From an uncultured virus (IMG/VR IMGVR_UViG_3300021473_000001) (Duplodnaviria > Heunggongvirae > Uroviricota > Caudoviricetes), in the IMG/VR virus record IMGVR_UViG_3300021473_000001: DNA of 64,000 bases. One strand, given 5' to 3'. Both the position numbers and the translations under genes were made by a program. The notes below the pieces were generated by a model. That model ran no database searches and was not told the DNA's origin. It saw only the letters and a list, made by a program, of their open reading frames with translations. Position 1 is the stretch's first letter. Every line of letters starts with the position of its first letter. Shown piece by piece: positions 25,454 to 33,984 of this stretch.

Positions 25454-26599
25454 ATGTCTGATTTTTCAAAGACTACTCTGTTCGTAGTGCCAGTGGGGAA
25501 CACCCTCCCTAGCTCTGACTCTACACAAGATCTCCTTGCTGGTCAAGTGGGGATCTTTCTTAACACCTATGCTGTAGCAACTACAATGAATATTGCTGCT
25601 GCTCCTTATTTCTACATTGCTCAAGGTCGTGTAAACACGTATCTGCAAGGTAGTAAACGCTCTGACAAAATCAAAGGCTGTGCCACAACTGGTTGCAAAA
25701 CCAATGTAGTTGAATGGTACAAAGTCTCTGGTTGTCCTACTCCTATTAATCAGATTACTGATGTAACTGATTGGAATGTTAAATGTGGTGATGTGGTCAC
25801 TCTTACAATTCGTGGATTCTCTAGTTACTTGGAGACATTGTATTTCAATGGTTTTACACGTTCAGTAACTGTTCAGGCTCCTTGCTGTGATTGTGATGGT
25901 AACCCATGTATCAATGTTGATGAGAGTGATCTTATTGATGCTTTGATTCTTAAGTTGAATGCTGCTGCTCCTGACTTCTTAGGTGGAGATACCACTGGTA
26001 CAAACCCAGACAACATTCGTTTGAGCCAGTTCTACACATTCACAAATGTAGGAGGAACTATTCTTCGTATCGAAGGGAAACCTTTAACTAAGTATGGCCA
26101 ACCTTGTGATGTCGCTGCTTTTCCTTGGGAATATGATAAGTTGAGATTCAGAACATTTGTATATTCTGGTCCTGCAACTACAGCTGACTTCATTGTTGAT
26201 GACAACTGCAACATCGTTGCTGAGGCAACTATCACCCAGCAGTCATCTTATGCCACTGGTACTTCTGCAGAAATTGCTCAACTTGAGAAGAACTTCTACA
26301 GTTATCAAGCTGGTTACCTGAAACATCTGTACAGGATTGCTGGTTATAATCCTAACTTTGAAAGTTGGGTTGCTGCCAATTCAGCTTATGATACATACTA
26401 TATTAAGTTCAAAGATATGGATGTATCTGCTGAAACCTGGGGTGACTATATCATCGAAGACAGCACAGTGATTATTGCTGCTATTTCAGGAAGTGCAGCT
26501 GCTACCGCTATTGAACTTGTATTAGAAGCTGCCCTTGGTACTGTTCTTGATGACAGTCTTTGTATTACAACTTCTACTACGACTACTGGAAGAGCCTAG
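25454..26599 (+). CDS. abundant structural protein (auxiliary capsid protein candidate)
   Basis: 381 aa, Cys-rich, MCP-like codon bias, terminator downstream, short TTSTTTT tail. Confidence 0.7.
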   Translation: MSDFSKTTLFVVPVGNTLPSSDSTQDLLAGQVGIFLNTYAVATTMNIAAAPYFYIAQGRVNTYLQGSKRSDKIKGCATTGCKTNVVEWYKVSGCPTPINQITDVTDWNVKCGDVVTLTIRGFSSYLETLYFNGFTRSVTVQAPCCDCDGNPCINVDESDLIDALILKLNAAAPDFLGGDTTGTNPDNIRLSQFYTFTNVGGTILRIEGKPLTKYGQPCDVAAFPWEYDKLRFRTFVYSGPATTADFIVDDNCNIVAEATITQQSSYATGTSAEIAQLEKNFYSYQAGYLKHLYRIAGYNPNFESWVAANSAYDTYYIKFKDMDVSAETWGDYIIEDSTVIIAAISGSAAATAIELVLEAALGTVLDDSLCITTSTTTTGRA

Positions 26600-26621
26600 T
26601 ATAAGAGTCTAAATATAAACC

Positions 26622-26672
26622 TATGCCAGAGGAAAAGAGGATAAACTCAAGATCCTCTGGCATATTTATTTT
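26622..26672 (+). terminator. intrinsic terminator
   Basis: 12-bp stem TATGCCAGAGGA/TCCTCTGGCATA followed by TTTATTTT. Confidence 0.75.
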
Positions 26673-26679
26673 AAATAAT

Positions 26680-27246
26680 ATGACAACTCTTAAATTAGAT
26701 ATACTTGTAGTTCCTACATATAACACTAAGACTTTAGGAATAGCTGATGCTTCAGTATATCCTACAGATCCTCCTGTTGTAAGTGCTCCTACTATTGAGA
26801 TAACAGTTCCTGGATTTAATTCTGTAGTTCTTCCATTTGTTCCTCAGGATTTTAATGTATATACATCCAGTACATTAGAACTAACCTCTCCACTAGATCC
26901 TTACTTACCTCTTCCTGATGGTGTTTATTTCATAAAATACTCAGTTGCTCCTGCATATGAGAATTATGTAGAAAGATCTATTATGAGAGTTGAACAATTA
27001 CAGGAGAAGTTTGATAATGCATTTATGAAGCTTGATATGATGGAATGTGACAGGGCAATTAAGATGCAATCAAAGGTTGATCTCACTACAATCTATTTCT
27101 TCATTTCTGGGGCTATAGCAGCAGCAAATAACTGTGCAATTGTTGAAGCTAACAAATTGTATGCTCAGGCAAATAAGATGCTAGATCAGTTCATAAATAA
27201 CAATTGTGGATGCTCTGGTAATAATTATCTTGTTAACTTTCATTAG
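26680..27246 (+). CDS. structural protein
   Basis: Start reassigned to MTTLKLD (upstream ATG lies in the terminator); LPDGVY.IKYS motif. Confidence 0.75.
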   Translation: MTTLKLDILVVPTYNTKTLGIADASVYPTDPPVVSAPTIEITVPGFNSVVLPFVPQDFNVYTSSTLELTSPLDPYLPLPDGVYFIKYSVAPAYENYVERSIMRVEQLQEKFDNAFMKLDMMECDRAIKMQSKVDLTTIYFFISGAIAAANNCAIVEANKLYAQANKMLDQFINNNCGCSGNNYLVNFH

Positions 27247-27248
27247 TC

Positions 27249-27353
27249 ATGGCAACTTGTAAAATATGTAATATACGTGTGGGCTGTGGATGCCAATTAG
27301 TAAATGGTATGTGTTCTGCTTGTAATGCAGCAGCACAACAAAACAATAAATAA
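27249..27353 (+). CDS. 34-aa Cys-rich micro-protein (not in ORF track)
   Basis: MATCKICNIRVGCGCQLVNGMCSACNAAAQQNNK; fills the gap with 2-nt spacers on both sides. Confidence 0.7.
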   Translation: MATCKICNIRVGCGCQLVNGMCSACNAAAQQNNK

Positions 27354-27355
27354 TC

Positions 27356-28651
27356 ATGCTAACTCCAAGGCTTACAAATTGTATAGAGTGTGATAGTATT
27401 CCTACTCTATTGGAAGAGATTAGTTGTACTATAACTAGTATGGCAAAGAGATTATATAACAATACAATCTTTATGCTTAATCTACAAATAGATAGCACTG
27501 GTATGTTTGATCTTTTGAACTACCAAAGAATTTTAATATATAAATATTGTAATCCTGAGTATGCTGGAGAGTTTACAATTCCCATGATTGCCAGTAAAGT
27601 AAGACGATATACATCAGGATCTACACATACAGTAACAACATTTCCTAACACTACAACAACATCTACATCTACATCAACAAGTACTAGTACATCTACCAGC
27701 ACAAGTACAAGTACATCAACAAGTACAAGTACAACAACAAGCACTTCTACATCTACTAGTACATCTACATCAACTAGTACTTCTACATCTACAAGCACAT
27801 CTACAAGTACTAGTACATCTACAAGTACGAGTACATCATCAACCTCTACAAGTAGTTCGACATCAACTAGTACTTCTACTAGTACAAGCACTAGTACTTC
27901 AACATCAACAAGTAGTTCAACAAGTAGTTCAACAAGCACTTCTACATCTAGTACAAGTACATCAACGTCTACAAGTACTTCTACTTCTACATCTAGTACA
28001 AGTACATCAACTACTAGTAGTACTTCTACCACTACTACTAGCACTACCACTACACTTCTAATTACTGAATTTGGATTGTATAATGCTTATGCTCTGCCTA
28101 CAATCGCTAATACAGATTGGCATGTTCCTACTCATTTAGAATATGATGCATTATGTACAGCTGTGGGTGGAGCTGCTACAGCTGCTATACAATTAAAAGA
28201 ATCAGGTACTATTTATTGGAATACTAATAACGGTCTAAATACTTACGGATTTAATGGTAGAGGAACAGGCTATCGTAATAGCACTCCTGAATTTGCAAAT
28301 ATTAAACAAATAGGTATACTTTGGTGTTCTGATCCAAATGGACCAAGTCAATATGCGATGAGTTACGATGATTTTAATCCAGAGGTAACTACTACTGGAG
28401 GGGCATCATATGATACTGGTTTAGGTATACGTTTAGTAAAAGATTCTACAATATTAAATCCAGGAGAAACAAGTACATATGTAGGTAACGATGGTCAAGT
28501 TTATGCTACAATTTGTATTGGTACACAAGAATGGTTATCCCAAGAATTAAAAGAAACAGAATTGATAGATCATACTCCAATTCCATTAGTTCAGGATGGA
28601 CCTACTTGGATTACAATGACTACTCCAGCAAGATGTTATTATGCTACATAA
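27356..28651 (+). CDS. virion protein: N-domain + (TS)n tether + circularly permuted Fib_succ_major-like domain
   Basis: LYN.YA, WHVPT..EY, GF...G.R, G..IRLVKD, then DGQVY.TI.IGTQ.W. Confidence 0.8.
   Translation: MLTPRLTNCIECDSIPTLLEEISCTITSMAKRLYNNTIFMLNLQIDSTGMFDLLNYQRILIYKYCNPEYAGEFTIPMIASKVRRYTSGSTHTVTTFPNTTTTSTSTSTSTSTSTSTSTSTSTSTSTTTSTSTSTSTSTSTSTSTSTSTSTSTSTSTSTSTSSTSTSSSTSTSTSTSTSTSTSTSTSSSTSSSTSTSTSSTSTSTSTSTSTSTSSTSTSTTSSTSTTTTSTTTTLLITEFGLYNAYALPTIANTDWHVPTHLEYDALCTAVGGAATAAIQLKESGTIYWNTNNGLNTYGFNGRGTGYRNSTPEFANIKQIGILWCSDPNGPSQYAMSYDDFNPEVTTTGGASYDTGLGIRLVKDSTILNPGETSTYVGNDGQVYATICIGTQEWLSQELKETELIDHTPIPLVQDGPTWITMTTPARCYYAT
27650..28053 (+). repeat. (Thr-Ser)n coding repeat
   Basis: About 135 consecutive T/S codons with varied synonymous codons. 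Confidence 0.95.
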
Positions 28652-28669
28652 TTTAAAACTGATATAAAA

Positions 28670-29824
28670 ATGAGCTGTCAAAATTGTTTTAATGGATGTG
28701 CTGAGATAGTCTCAGACAGATGTGTTAGATATACAGGGATTGATATCCCTTCCTTAGGAATAAGTACAGGAGATCCTCTTTCTAGTATTGAGCAATCTCT
28801 TTCTACATTTTTGATAAGTGCCCTCAATGGAACAGGCATACATCCTGTAATCGATCCAGATATAATTTGCAATCTGGTTGGAGGATACCTTCCAGTTTGT
28901 GAAGATCCCACAATTGTAGATTTTATAAATGCACTAATTAAAGCTACATGTGATCTACAGGAACAAGTTATAGTACTTGATGAAGCAGTTGCTACAATTG
29001 AAGCAGATTATACTCTTCCAGTAAATTGTTTGGCAGCAGTCATTCCTTCTTCAGGCACACATGACATTCTTCAAGCAGTAATTGTAAAACTTTGTGCAAC
29101 AAGTGCTACATTGACAGCTCTTTCGTTAAGTCTCTCTACAAATTATTCAAGTAATGGTGCTGAACTGGATGCATATATTGCTAACTATTTAGCTACTCAT
29201 GGAGCTAGTACAACATTGATGAGTAATAAAATGATTCCTAATGTAGCATATCCTTATTTTGGAAATATTACAAATTTCAATGCAAATGGTGAAGGAACAG
29301 GAGATTGGATAAAAGTTTATCTCTGCAATGGTTATCTTGGTAAGACTCCTGATATGAGAGGAAGAGTTCCTGTATCTGCAACATATACTAGTATTGGTAC
29401 ACCAATTACAGATCCTGTTGTTCTTCCTGGAGGATTTAATCCTAATTATATAGTAGGAGGACCATTGTATGGTGTTAATTCTATAATTATTGATGCCACT
29501 ACAGTTCCAAATCATACACATACAGCTACAGCCACAGCTTCACAAGCTTCTCACTCTCATTATGAATTTGCTACTAATGCTTATGGTGGTACAAATGCAA
29601 AAGCTACACCTAGTACATATGTAACTGTTTCTAAAGGTTGGAATGGTCCTACATCATATGAATTAGAAGGCAATATTACAACTGCTAGTATAGGAAAAAC
29701 TAATACTGAAATTCCTGCAATCACTGTAAATAGCATAACTATTGCTCCTACAATTAATGGTGGAAATGCTCATTCAAATATTCAACCTAGTATTGCTTCT
29801 TACTACATTATGTATATTCCGTAA
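28670..29824 (+). CDS. tail fibre/spike with tail-collar domain
   Basis: Cys-rich N-term; LCNG...PDMRGRVPV; HTH/HSH motifs; C-term AHSNIQPS....YIM. Confidence 0.8.
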   Translation: MSCQNCFNGCAEIVSDRCVRYTGIDIPSLGISTGDPLSSIEQSLSTFLISALNGTGIHPVIDPDIICNLVGGYLPVCEDPTIVDFINALIKATCDLQEQVIVLDEAVATIEADYTLPVNCLAAVIPSSGTHDILQAVIVKLCATSATLTALSLSLSTNYSSNGAELDAYIANYLATHGASTTLMSNKMIPNVAYPYFGNITNFNANGEGTGDWIKVYLCNGYLGKTPDMRGRVPVSATYTSIGTPITDPVVLPGGFNPNYIVGGPLYGVNSIIIDATTVPNHTHTATATASQASHSHYEFATNAYGGTNAKATPSTYVTVSKGWNGPTSYELEGNITTASIGKTNTEIPAITVNSITIAPTINGGNAHSNIQPSIASYYIMYIP

Positions 29825-29827
29825 ATT

Positions 29828-30226
29828 ATGAAATACAATATAATAGGTGCTTTTGCTGTCCCCACTGAGGCATGTGGATGTAATGATCCATGTAGTACTC
29901 ATTGTATTATATCTGATAATGTAACATATGTTGGACCAAATCTTTCATGTACAGATATACGAAATAATAGTAATCTAACTTTGGCTCTTGAGAAAATAGA
30001 TGCTAAAATATGTGAACTATTTGATATGTATCATAGTCTCACTTGCACACTTGAAGGAAGTGTTTCAGAAATACCAAGTACATCTACAAGTACAAGTACA
30101 TCAACCAGTACTTCTACATCTACAAGTACATCAACCAGTACTTCTACATCAACTAGTTCTACAACAACCAGTACTACAACACCTATACCAGTGTGTGGGA
30201 TAGAGGGTAATGCAAATGAACTCTAA
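29828..30226 (+). CDS. small Cys-rich structural protein with (TS)n and two C-x-I/L-x-G-x-A/V-x-E-I/L tags
   Basis: V.Y.GPNL.C segment resembles N-term of 28670; CTLEGSVSEI and terminal CGIEGNANEL. Confidence 0.75.
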   Translation: MKYNIIGAFAVPTEACGCNDPCSTHCIISDNVTYVGPNLSCTDIRNNSNLTLALEKIDAKICELFDMYHSLTCTLEGSVSEIPSTSTSTSTSTSTSTSTSTSTSTSTSTSSTTTSTTTPIPVCGIEGNANEL

Positions 30227-30260
30227 ATTAATATAGTTAACATTATTAAAAAATAACAAA

Positions 30261-31112
30261 ATGGATATAAATGTAAGATTAACAGCTACTGGTGTAGATA
30301 CAGGACCTACCTTTGAAGTAAAATATTGGGATACTGACACTTCTACTTTTACAGTACTTGCTCCTGCTCAAAGTAAAGCATCATTAATTGCTATAGCTGG
30401 AGTAGATTACCCTGCAATTCCTACCACTGCAACGTTTGTTAGAATAACTTCCATAGGAGTTTGTACAACTCTTATAGATTTACCTATAAATAGTACTACA
30501 ACCAGTACCAGTACATCAACTAGTACAAGTACATCAACCAGTACTTCTACATCAACGAGTACAAGTACATCAACCAGTACAAGTACTTCTACGTCAACAA
30601 GTACTTCCACTAGTACAAGTACTTCTACGTCAACAAGTACTAGTACTTCCACATCAACAAGTACTAGTACTTCCACATCAACAAGTACTAGTACTTCCAC
30701 TAGTACAAGTACCTCTACTAGTACATCAACGTCTACTAGTACAACAACAAGTACAACTACGACTGCTTTACCTAATGAAGTAGCGTTATATCTTAACTCT
30801 TTCACTATTGGAAATCCATTAACTGATAGAGCTAATTATAATTTTGATGTTAAGAATGGTACTGCTAGTAATGAGAATATTAAAGTTAGAGTTTCTAATG
30901 TTACCTTAGGATCAGGAACGACTCTTATAAATTTAGTTCCTTCTGTTTCTACTGCAGGAACTGTACAAAACTATACAGGTATAACATCTACATTTGGTGT
31001 AACAAATATACCTGGAAATACTTTTCTTGTTGAATTTAGTATAGATGGTGGTGTTACATGGGGTGGGATAGTATACTTATCAGCAGCCTCTACGTTTGAT
31101 TATCCAGTTTAA
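30261..31112 (+). CDS. structural protein: N-terminal Cys domain + (TS)n + beta-rich C-domain
   Basis: N-domain alignable with N-term of 39183..40046; about 90-aa TS tract. Confidence 0.8.
   Translation: MDINVRLTATGVDTGPTFEVKYWDTDTSTFTVLAPAQSKASLIAIAGVDYPAIPTTATFVRITSIGVCTTLIDLPINSTTTSTSTSTSTSTSTSTSTSTSTSTSTSTSTSTSTSTSTSTSTSTSTSTSTSTSTSTSTSTSTSTSTSTSTSTSTSTSTSTSTTTSTTTTALPNEVALYLNSFTIGNPLTDRANYNFDVKNGTASNENIKVRVSNVTLGSGTTLINLVPSVSTAGTVQNYTGITSTFGVTNIPGNTFLVEFSIDGGVTWGGIVYLSAASTFDYPV
30492..30763 (+). repeat. (Thr-Ser)n coding repeat
   Basis: TS dipeptide tract with local 24-bp DNA duplications. Confidence 0.95.
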
Positions 31113-31142
31113 AACGTCTTGGTTTGTTGGTTTCCAAGATGT

Positions 31143-31177
31143 CTCCCCCAGGTGTAAGCTTGGGGGAGTTCTTCTTT
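31143..31177 (+). terminator. intrinsic terminator
   Basis: CTCCCCCAGG-TGTAAG-CTTGGGGGAG + TTCTTCTTT; second hairpin just upstream (31114-31142). Confidence 0.75.
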
Positions 31178-31178
31178 C

Positions 31179-31225
31179 TAATCAATCTGATTATAATAAG
31201 TTGTTGTAAATAACCAATTTGATTA
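31179..31225. promoter_or_regulatory. paired palindromic operator-like sites
   Basis: TAATCAATCTGATTA (31179) and TAACCAATTTGATTA (31211). Confidence 0.55.
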
Positions 31226-31307
31226 ATACACTATTGATAAAGTCTTTATAAAAATATATCTTTACTGCAAATTGATCTAAAATTTTTAGTTTAATTAAAC
31301 TGGTAAG

Positions 31308-31814
31308 ATGAAAAAACCTTACGAGAGAGAAAAGAATGCTATTTGTGGCATATATGAAATCTACAACATTATAGATGGTAAAGTATATATTGGACAAGCT
31401 GTAGATATATTTAAAAGAAAAGTTTCTCATTTTAAAATGTTAGAAGAAGATTGTCATTATAATAAACATTTACAAAGAGCATTTAATAAATATGGTAAGG
31501 AATGTTTTAAATTTCAGATACTTGAAGAATGTGAAGAAGTTGAGTTAAATAGTAGAGAAGTTTATAATATAGAAATATTTGATAGTTTTTATACTGGATA
31601 TAATCAGACTTTGGGCGGAGATGGACTAGTTGGTAGAAAATGGAATAGTAATCAACACGATACTATGTCTATAAAAATGAAGGGTAATAGTTATGGAATA
31701 GGAAATAAATCTCATATAGGATTAACTCATCCTCAAGAAATAAAAGATAAAATAAGTAGTTCTCTTTTAGGTAGAAAAAGAGGTAAATATAAAACAAAAA
31801 AAAATGACAGGTAG
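31308..31814 (+). CDS. GIY-YIG homing endonuclease (NUMOD3-like tail)
   Basis: GIYEI.N...GKVYIGQ, HYNKHLQRAFNKYG, GYNQTLGG, H..EIK.KIS. Confidence 0.92.
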   Translation: MKKPYEREKNAICGIYEIYNIIDGKVYIGQAVDIFKRKVSHFKMLEEDCHYNKHLQRAFNKYGKECFKFQILEECEEVELNSREVYNIEIFDSFYTGYNQTLGGDGLVGRKWNSNQHDTMSIKMKGNSYGIGNKSHIGLTHPQEIKDKISSSLLGRKRGKYKTKKNDR

Positions 31815-32529
31815 AGAACTTGTAAGTAGTGTAAGATCAATGCACAAGTTGATCTCCACCGACACATTAATAACAGATCGGGCAATTTTTGCAGAATGTA
31901 AACAAAATGCAATGTTATTAATAAAACGAGAGTTAGATAAAAGAAAACTCTGGGCCACTGATACAGTGTTTACCACTCTACCTTGCTTAGAGATGTGTGA
32001 AGTCTCTATTTCTGAATGTTGTGATTATGTAGATCCCTGTTCCATAGCACGTAGCAAATACAAACTACCACGTATATCTGAAGGAAACTATCAATATGTC
32101 ATTCAAGGTGTATATTCTATAAATGCAATGAGTGGTCAAGGAAAGAAGGTTAAAGAAATCACTATTAATAGATATGCCAATCTTCTAAAACTTCCTATCA
32201 TCAAGAAGGAAGAATACTTCTGGGTTAGTAATGACTATCTATATATTACTAATCCAATGATACAAGCTGTAAGAATTGCAGCTTTATTTGAGGAAGATAT
32301 TCCAAGTGAACTTAGGTATCCTGAATGTGGATGTGGAATTCCTAGTGTTTCAGATGAGGATTGGTGTAAAAATCCTTTAGATAGAGAATCATTTGTTCCT
32401 GGATATCTAGAGAAGCAAGTACTAGAACTTACTTCACAAAAATTACTTAGCACATATTTTAGAATTAAGTCAGATCTTACTCAGGATAACATTGATGGTC
32501 AGGCCCCCAATACACCAAATTTAAAATAA
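31804..32529 (+). CDS. putative ring/tail structural protein
   Basis: 241-aa Cys-containing ORF; crAss-like synteny. Confidence 0.7.
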   Translation: MTGRELVSSVRSMHKLISTDTLITDRAIFAECKQNAMLLIKRELDKRKLWATDTVFTTLPCLEMCEVSISECCDYVDPCSIARSKYKLPRISEGNYQYVIQGVYSINAMSGQGKKVKEITINRYANLLKLPIIKKEEYFWVSNDYLYITNPMIQAVRIAALFEEDIPSELRYPECGCGIPSVSDEDWCKNPLDRESFVPGYLEKQVLELTSQKLLSTYFRIKSDLTQDNIDGQAPNTPNLK

Positions 32530-33006
32530 GTGAGAACTAAGGTTGGTTGGCGAAGTGGAAGTAGAGATAATTACATTAATTTCTGTAAGAATAATATATT
32601 CATAAGACTTACATATGATGAATGGAGAAATATTGTTTATACATTTAATGAATCATTTAGAGAATACATATTAGAGACAGGAGACAAAGCTAAACTTCCT
32701 TTTGGAATTGGTGAGTTTTCTATTAATAAAAAGAAAAGAAAAAAAATAGTTACTCACGATGGAAAAGAGAAGCTTAATCTTCCTGTCGATTGGCAAAAAA
32801 CAAAAGCAAAAGGTAAACTTATATACAATTTCAACTACCATACAGAGGGATTTTTCTTTGGATGGATGTGGTTTAGACAAACTGCAAGATTTAAACATGC
32901 TAATTTCTGGTATTTTAAAGCTTGTAGAAATACTTCCAGACTTTTGTCGCACTATTTAAAAACTAATGATCAGTATCAGCATCTATATAATGAATGGAAA
33001 CATTAA
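32530..33006 (+). CDS. IHF/HU-like protein (GTG start)
   Basis: KLPFGIGEFSI.K; position before tail genes as in crAss-like phages. Confidence 0.7.
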   Translation: MRTKVGWRSGSRDNYINFCKNNIFIRLTYDEWRNIVYTFNESFREYILETGDKAKLPFGIGEFSINKKKRKKIVTHDGKEKLNLPVDWQKTKAKGKLIYNFNYHTEGFFFGWMWFRQTARFKHANFWYFKACRNTSRLLSHYLKTNDQYQHLYNEWKH

Positions 33007-33009
33007 GCT

Positions 33010-33975
33010 ATGTCATACTACTATCGCTACGAATTTATAACACCAGAGATTGTTTATTCAACTGTTAAAGAAGAGTTAAAAAGCTACTTCGATTCGGGAG
33101 CAGTAGATGATCTTATGTTTCCTACCTACTTAGATAAGTGCTTGAGGAAACTTGGTAGATCCTCCTATGTAATATCTGAAGGAGCTTTATGCATTGAAGA
33201 CTTTGAAGCTAGACTTCCAGATAATTTTCATGCTGTAAGAGAAGCTTGGGCATGTACTGAAGAACAAGGTAGACCTTACCAAACACCAAATTCTTTTTAT
33301 TCACAAACTTTCTCTACTACTATTCAGGTATCTCCATTAACAATAGGTGGTAAACCTTGCAATAGTCATCGTTGCCCAGATCCTAATTGTGTAGAGTGTA
33401 TGCCAGAGATAATACAAGCTGTATACAAGACAAATCACTCAATCCCAAGATCTTATAGAAGACAGTATTTACTTAAACCAGGAAATCTCTCTGCAAGAAA
33501 ACATTGTGATGTAGATTATAATAATGCTTGGCAGTTTTATCAACCAGCTCCTGTTATTAATGAGTTTACTCCTGGAGGTGCTGCTCGTGATTCATTTGAT
33601 GTTAGAGATAATAAGTTTGTCACAAATTTCAGATCTGGAATAGTTCATCTTGTATTCTATGCAACAGAATATGATCAGGTAGGTAATCAAATGATTCCAG
33701 ACAACTATCGTGTTAGAGAATATGTAGAAGCATTCATTAAATACAAAGTATTTGAGACTCTTACAAATCAAATAAATGATGAAACCTTTCAACAACTACA
33801 ACAGAAGTTAGTTTATTACAAACAACTTTCTGATGAAGCTTTCATCATGGCCATGATTGAGATTAAGAAGCAAGATGTATATGCAAAGCAAAGAAGGATC
33901 AGACAAGATCTAAATCGTTTCAATATGTATGAACTACCAAATCGTACTAACAGATATGGTAGAAGACGTAATTAA
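33010..33975 (+). CDS. tail tubular/ring protein
   Basis: A.LPDNF, TNF..G.V.L.FY......GN.MIPD; immediately before the muzzle gene. Confidence 0.7.
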   Translation: MSYYYRYEFITPEIVYSTVKEELKSYFDSGAVDDLMFPTYLDKCLRKLGRSSYVISEGALCIEDFEARLPDNFHAVREAWACTEEQGRPYQTPNSFYSQTFSTTIQVSPLTIGGKPCNSHRCPDPNCVECMPEIIQAVYKTNHSIPRSYRRQYLLKPGNLSARKHCDVDYNNAWQFYQPAPVINEFTPGGAARDSFDVRDNKFVTNFRSGIVHLVFYATEYDQVGNQMIPDNYRVREYVEAFIKYKVFETLTNQINDETFQQLQQKLVYYKQLSDEAFIMAMIEIKKQDVYAKQRRIRQDLNRFNMYELPNRTNRYGRRRN

Positions 33976-33984
33976 TTAAGACAA

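Noticed and set aside
26623..26679. N-terminal extension MPEEKRINSRSSG of the 207-aa ORF
   Set aside because: Lies within a terminator hairpin; ATG 26680 has a typical A/T-rich leader.
28070..28651. Diversity-generating retroelement targeting the lectin-like domain
   Set aside because: No reverse transcriptase and no template/variable repeat pair seen in this window; could lie outside it.
27520..30805. Val/Leu/Asp-rich minus-strand ORFs (27520..28050, 30407..30805; also 38427..38615) and the alternate-frame ORF 38777..39148
   Set aside because: Shadow frames of the (TS)n repeats.
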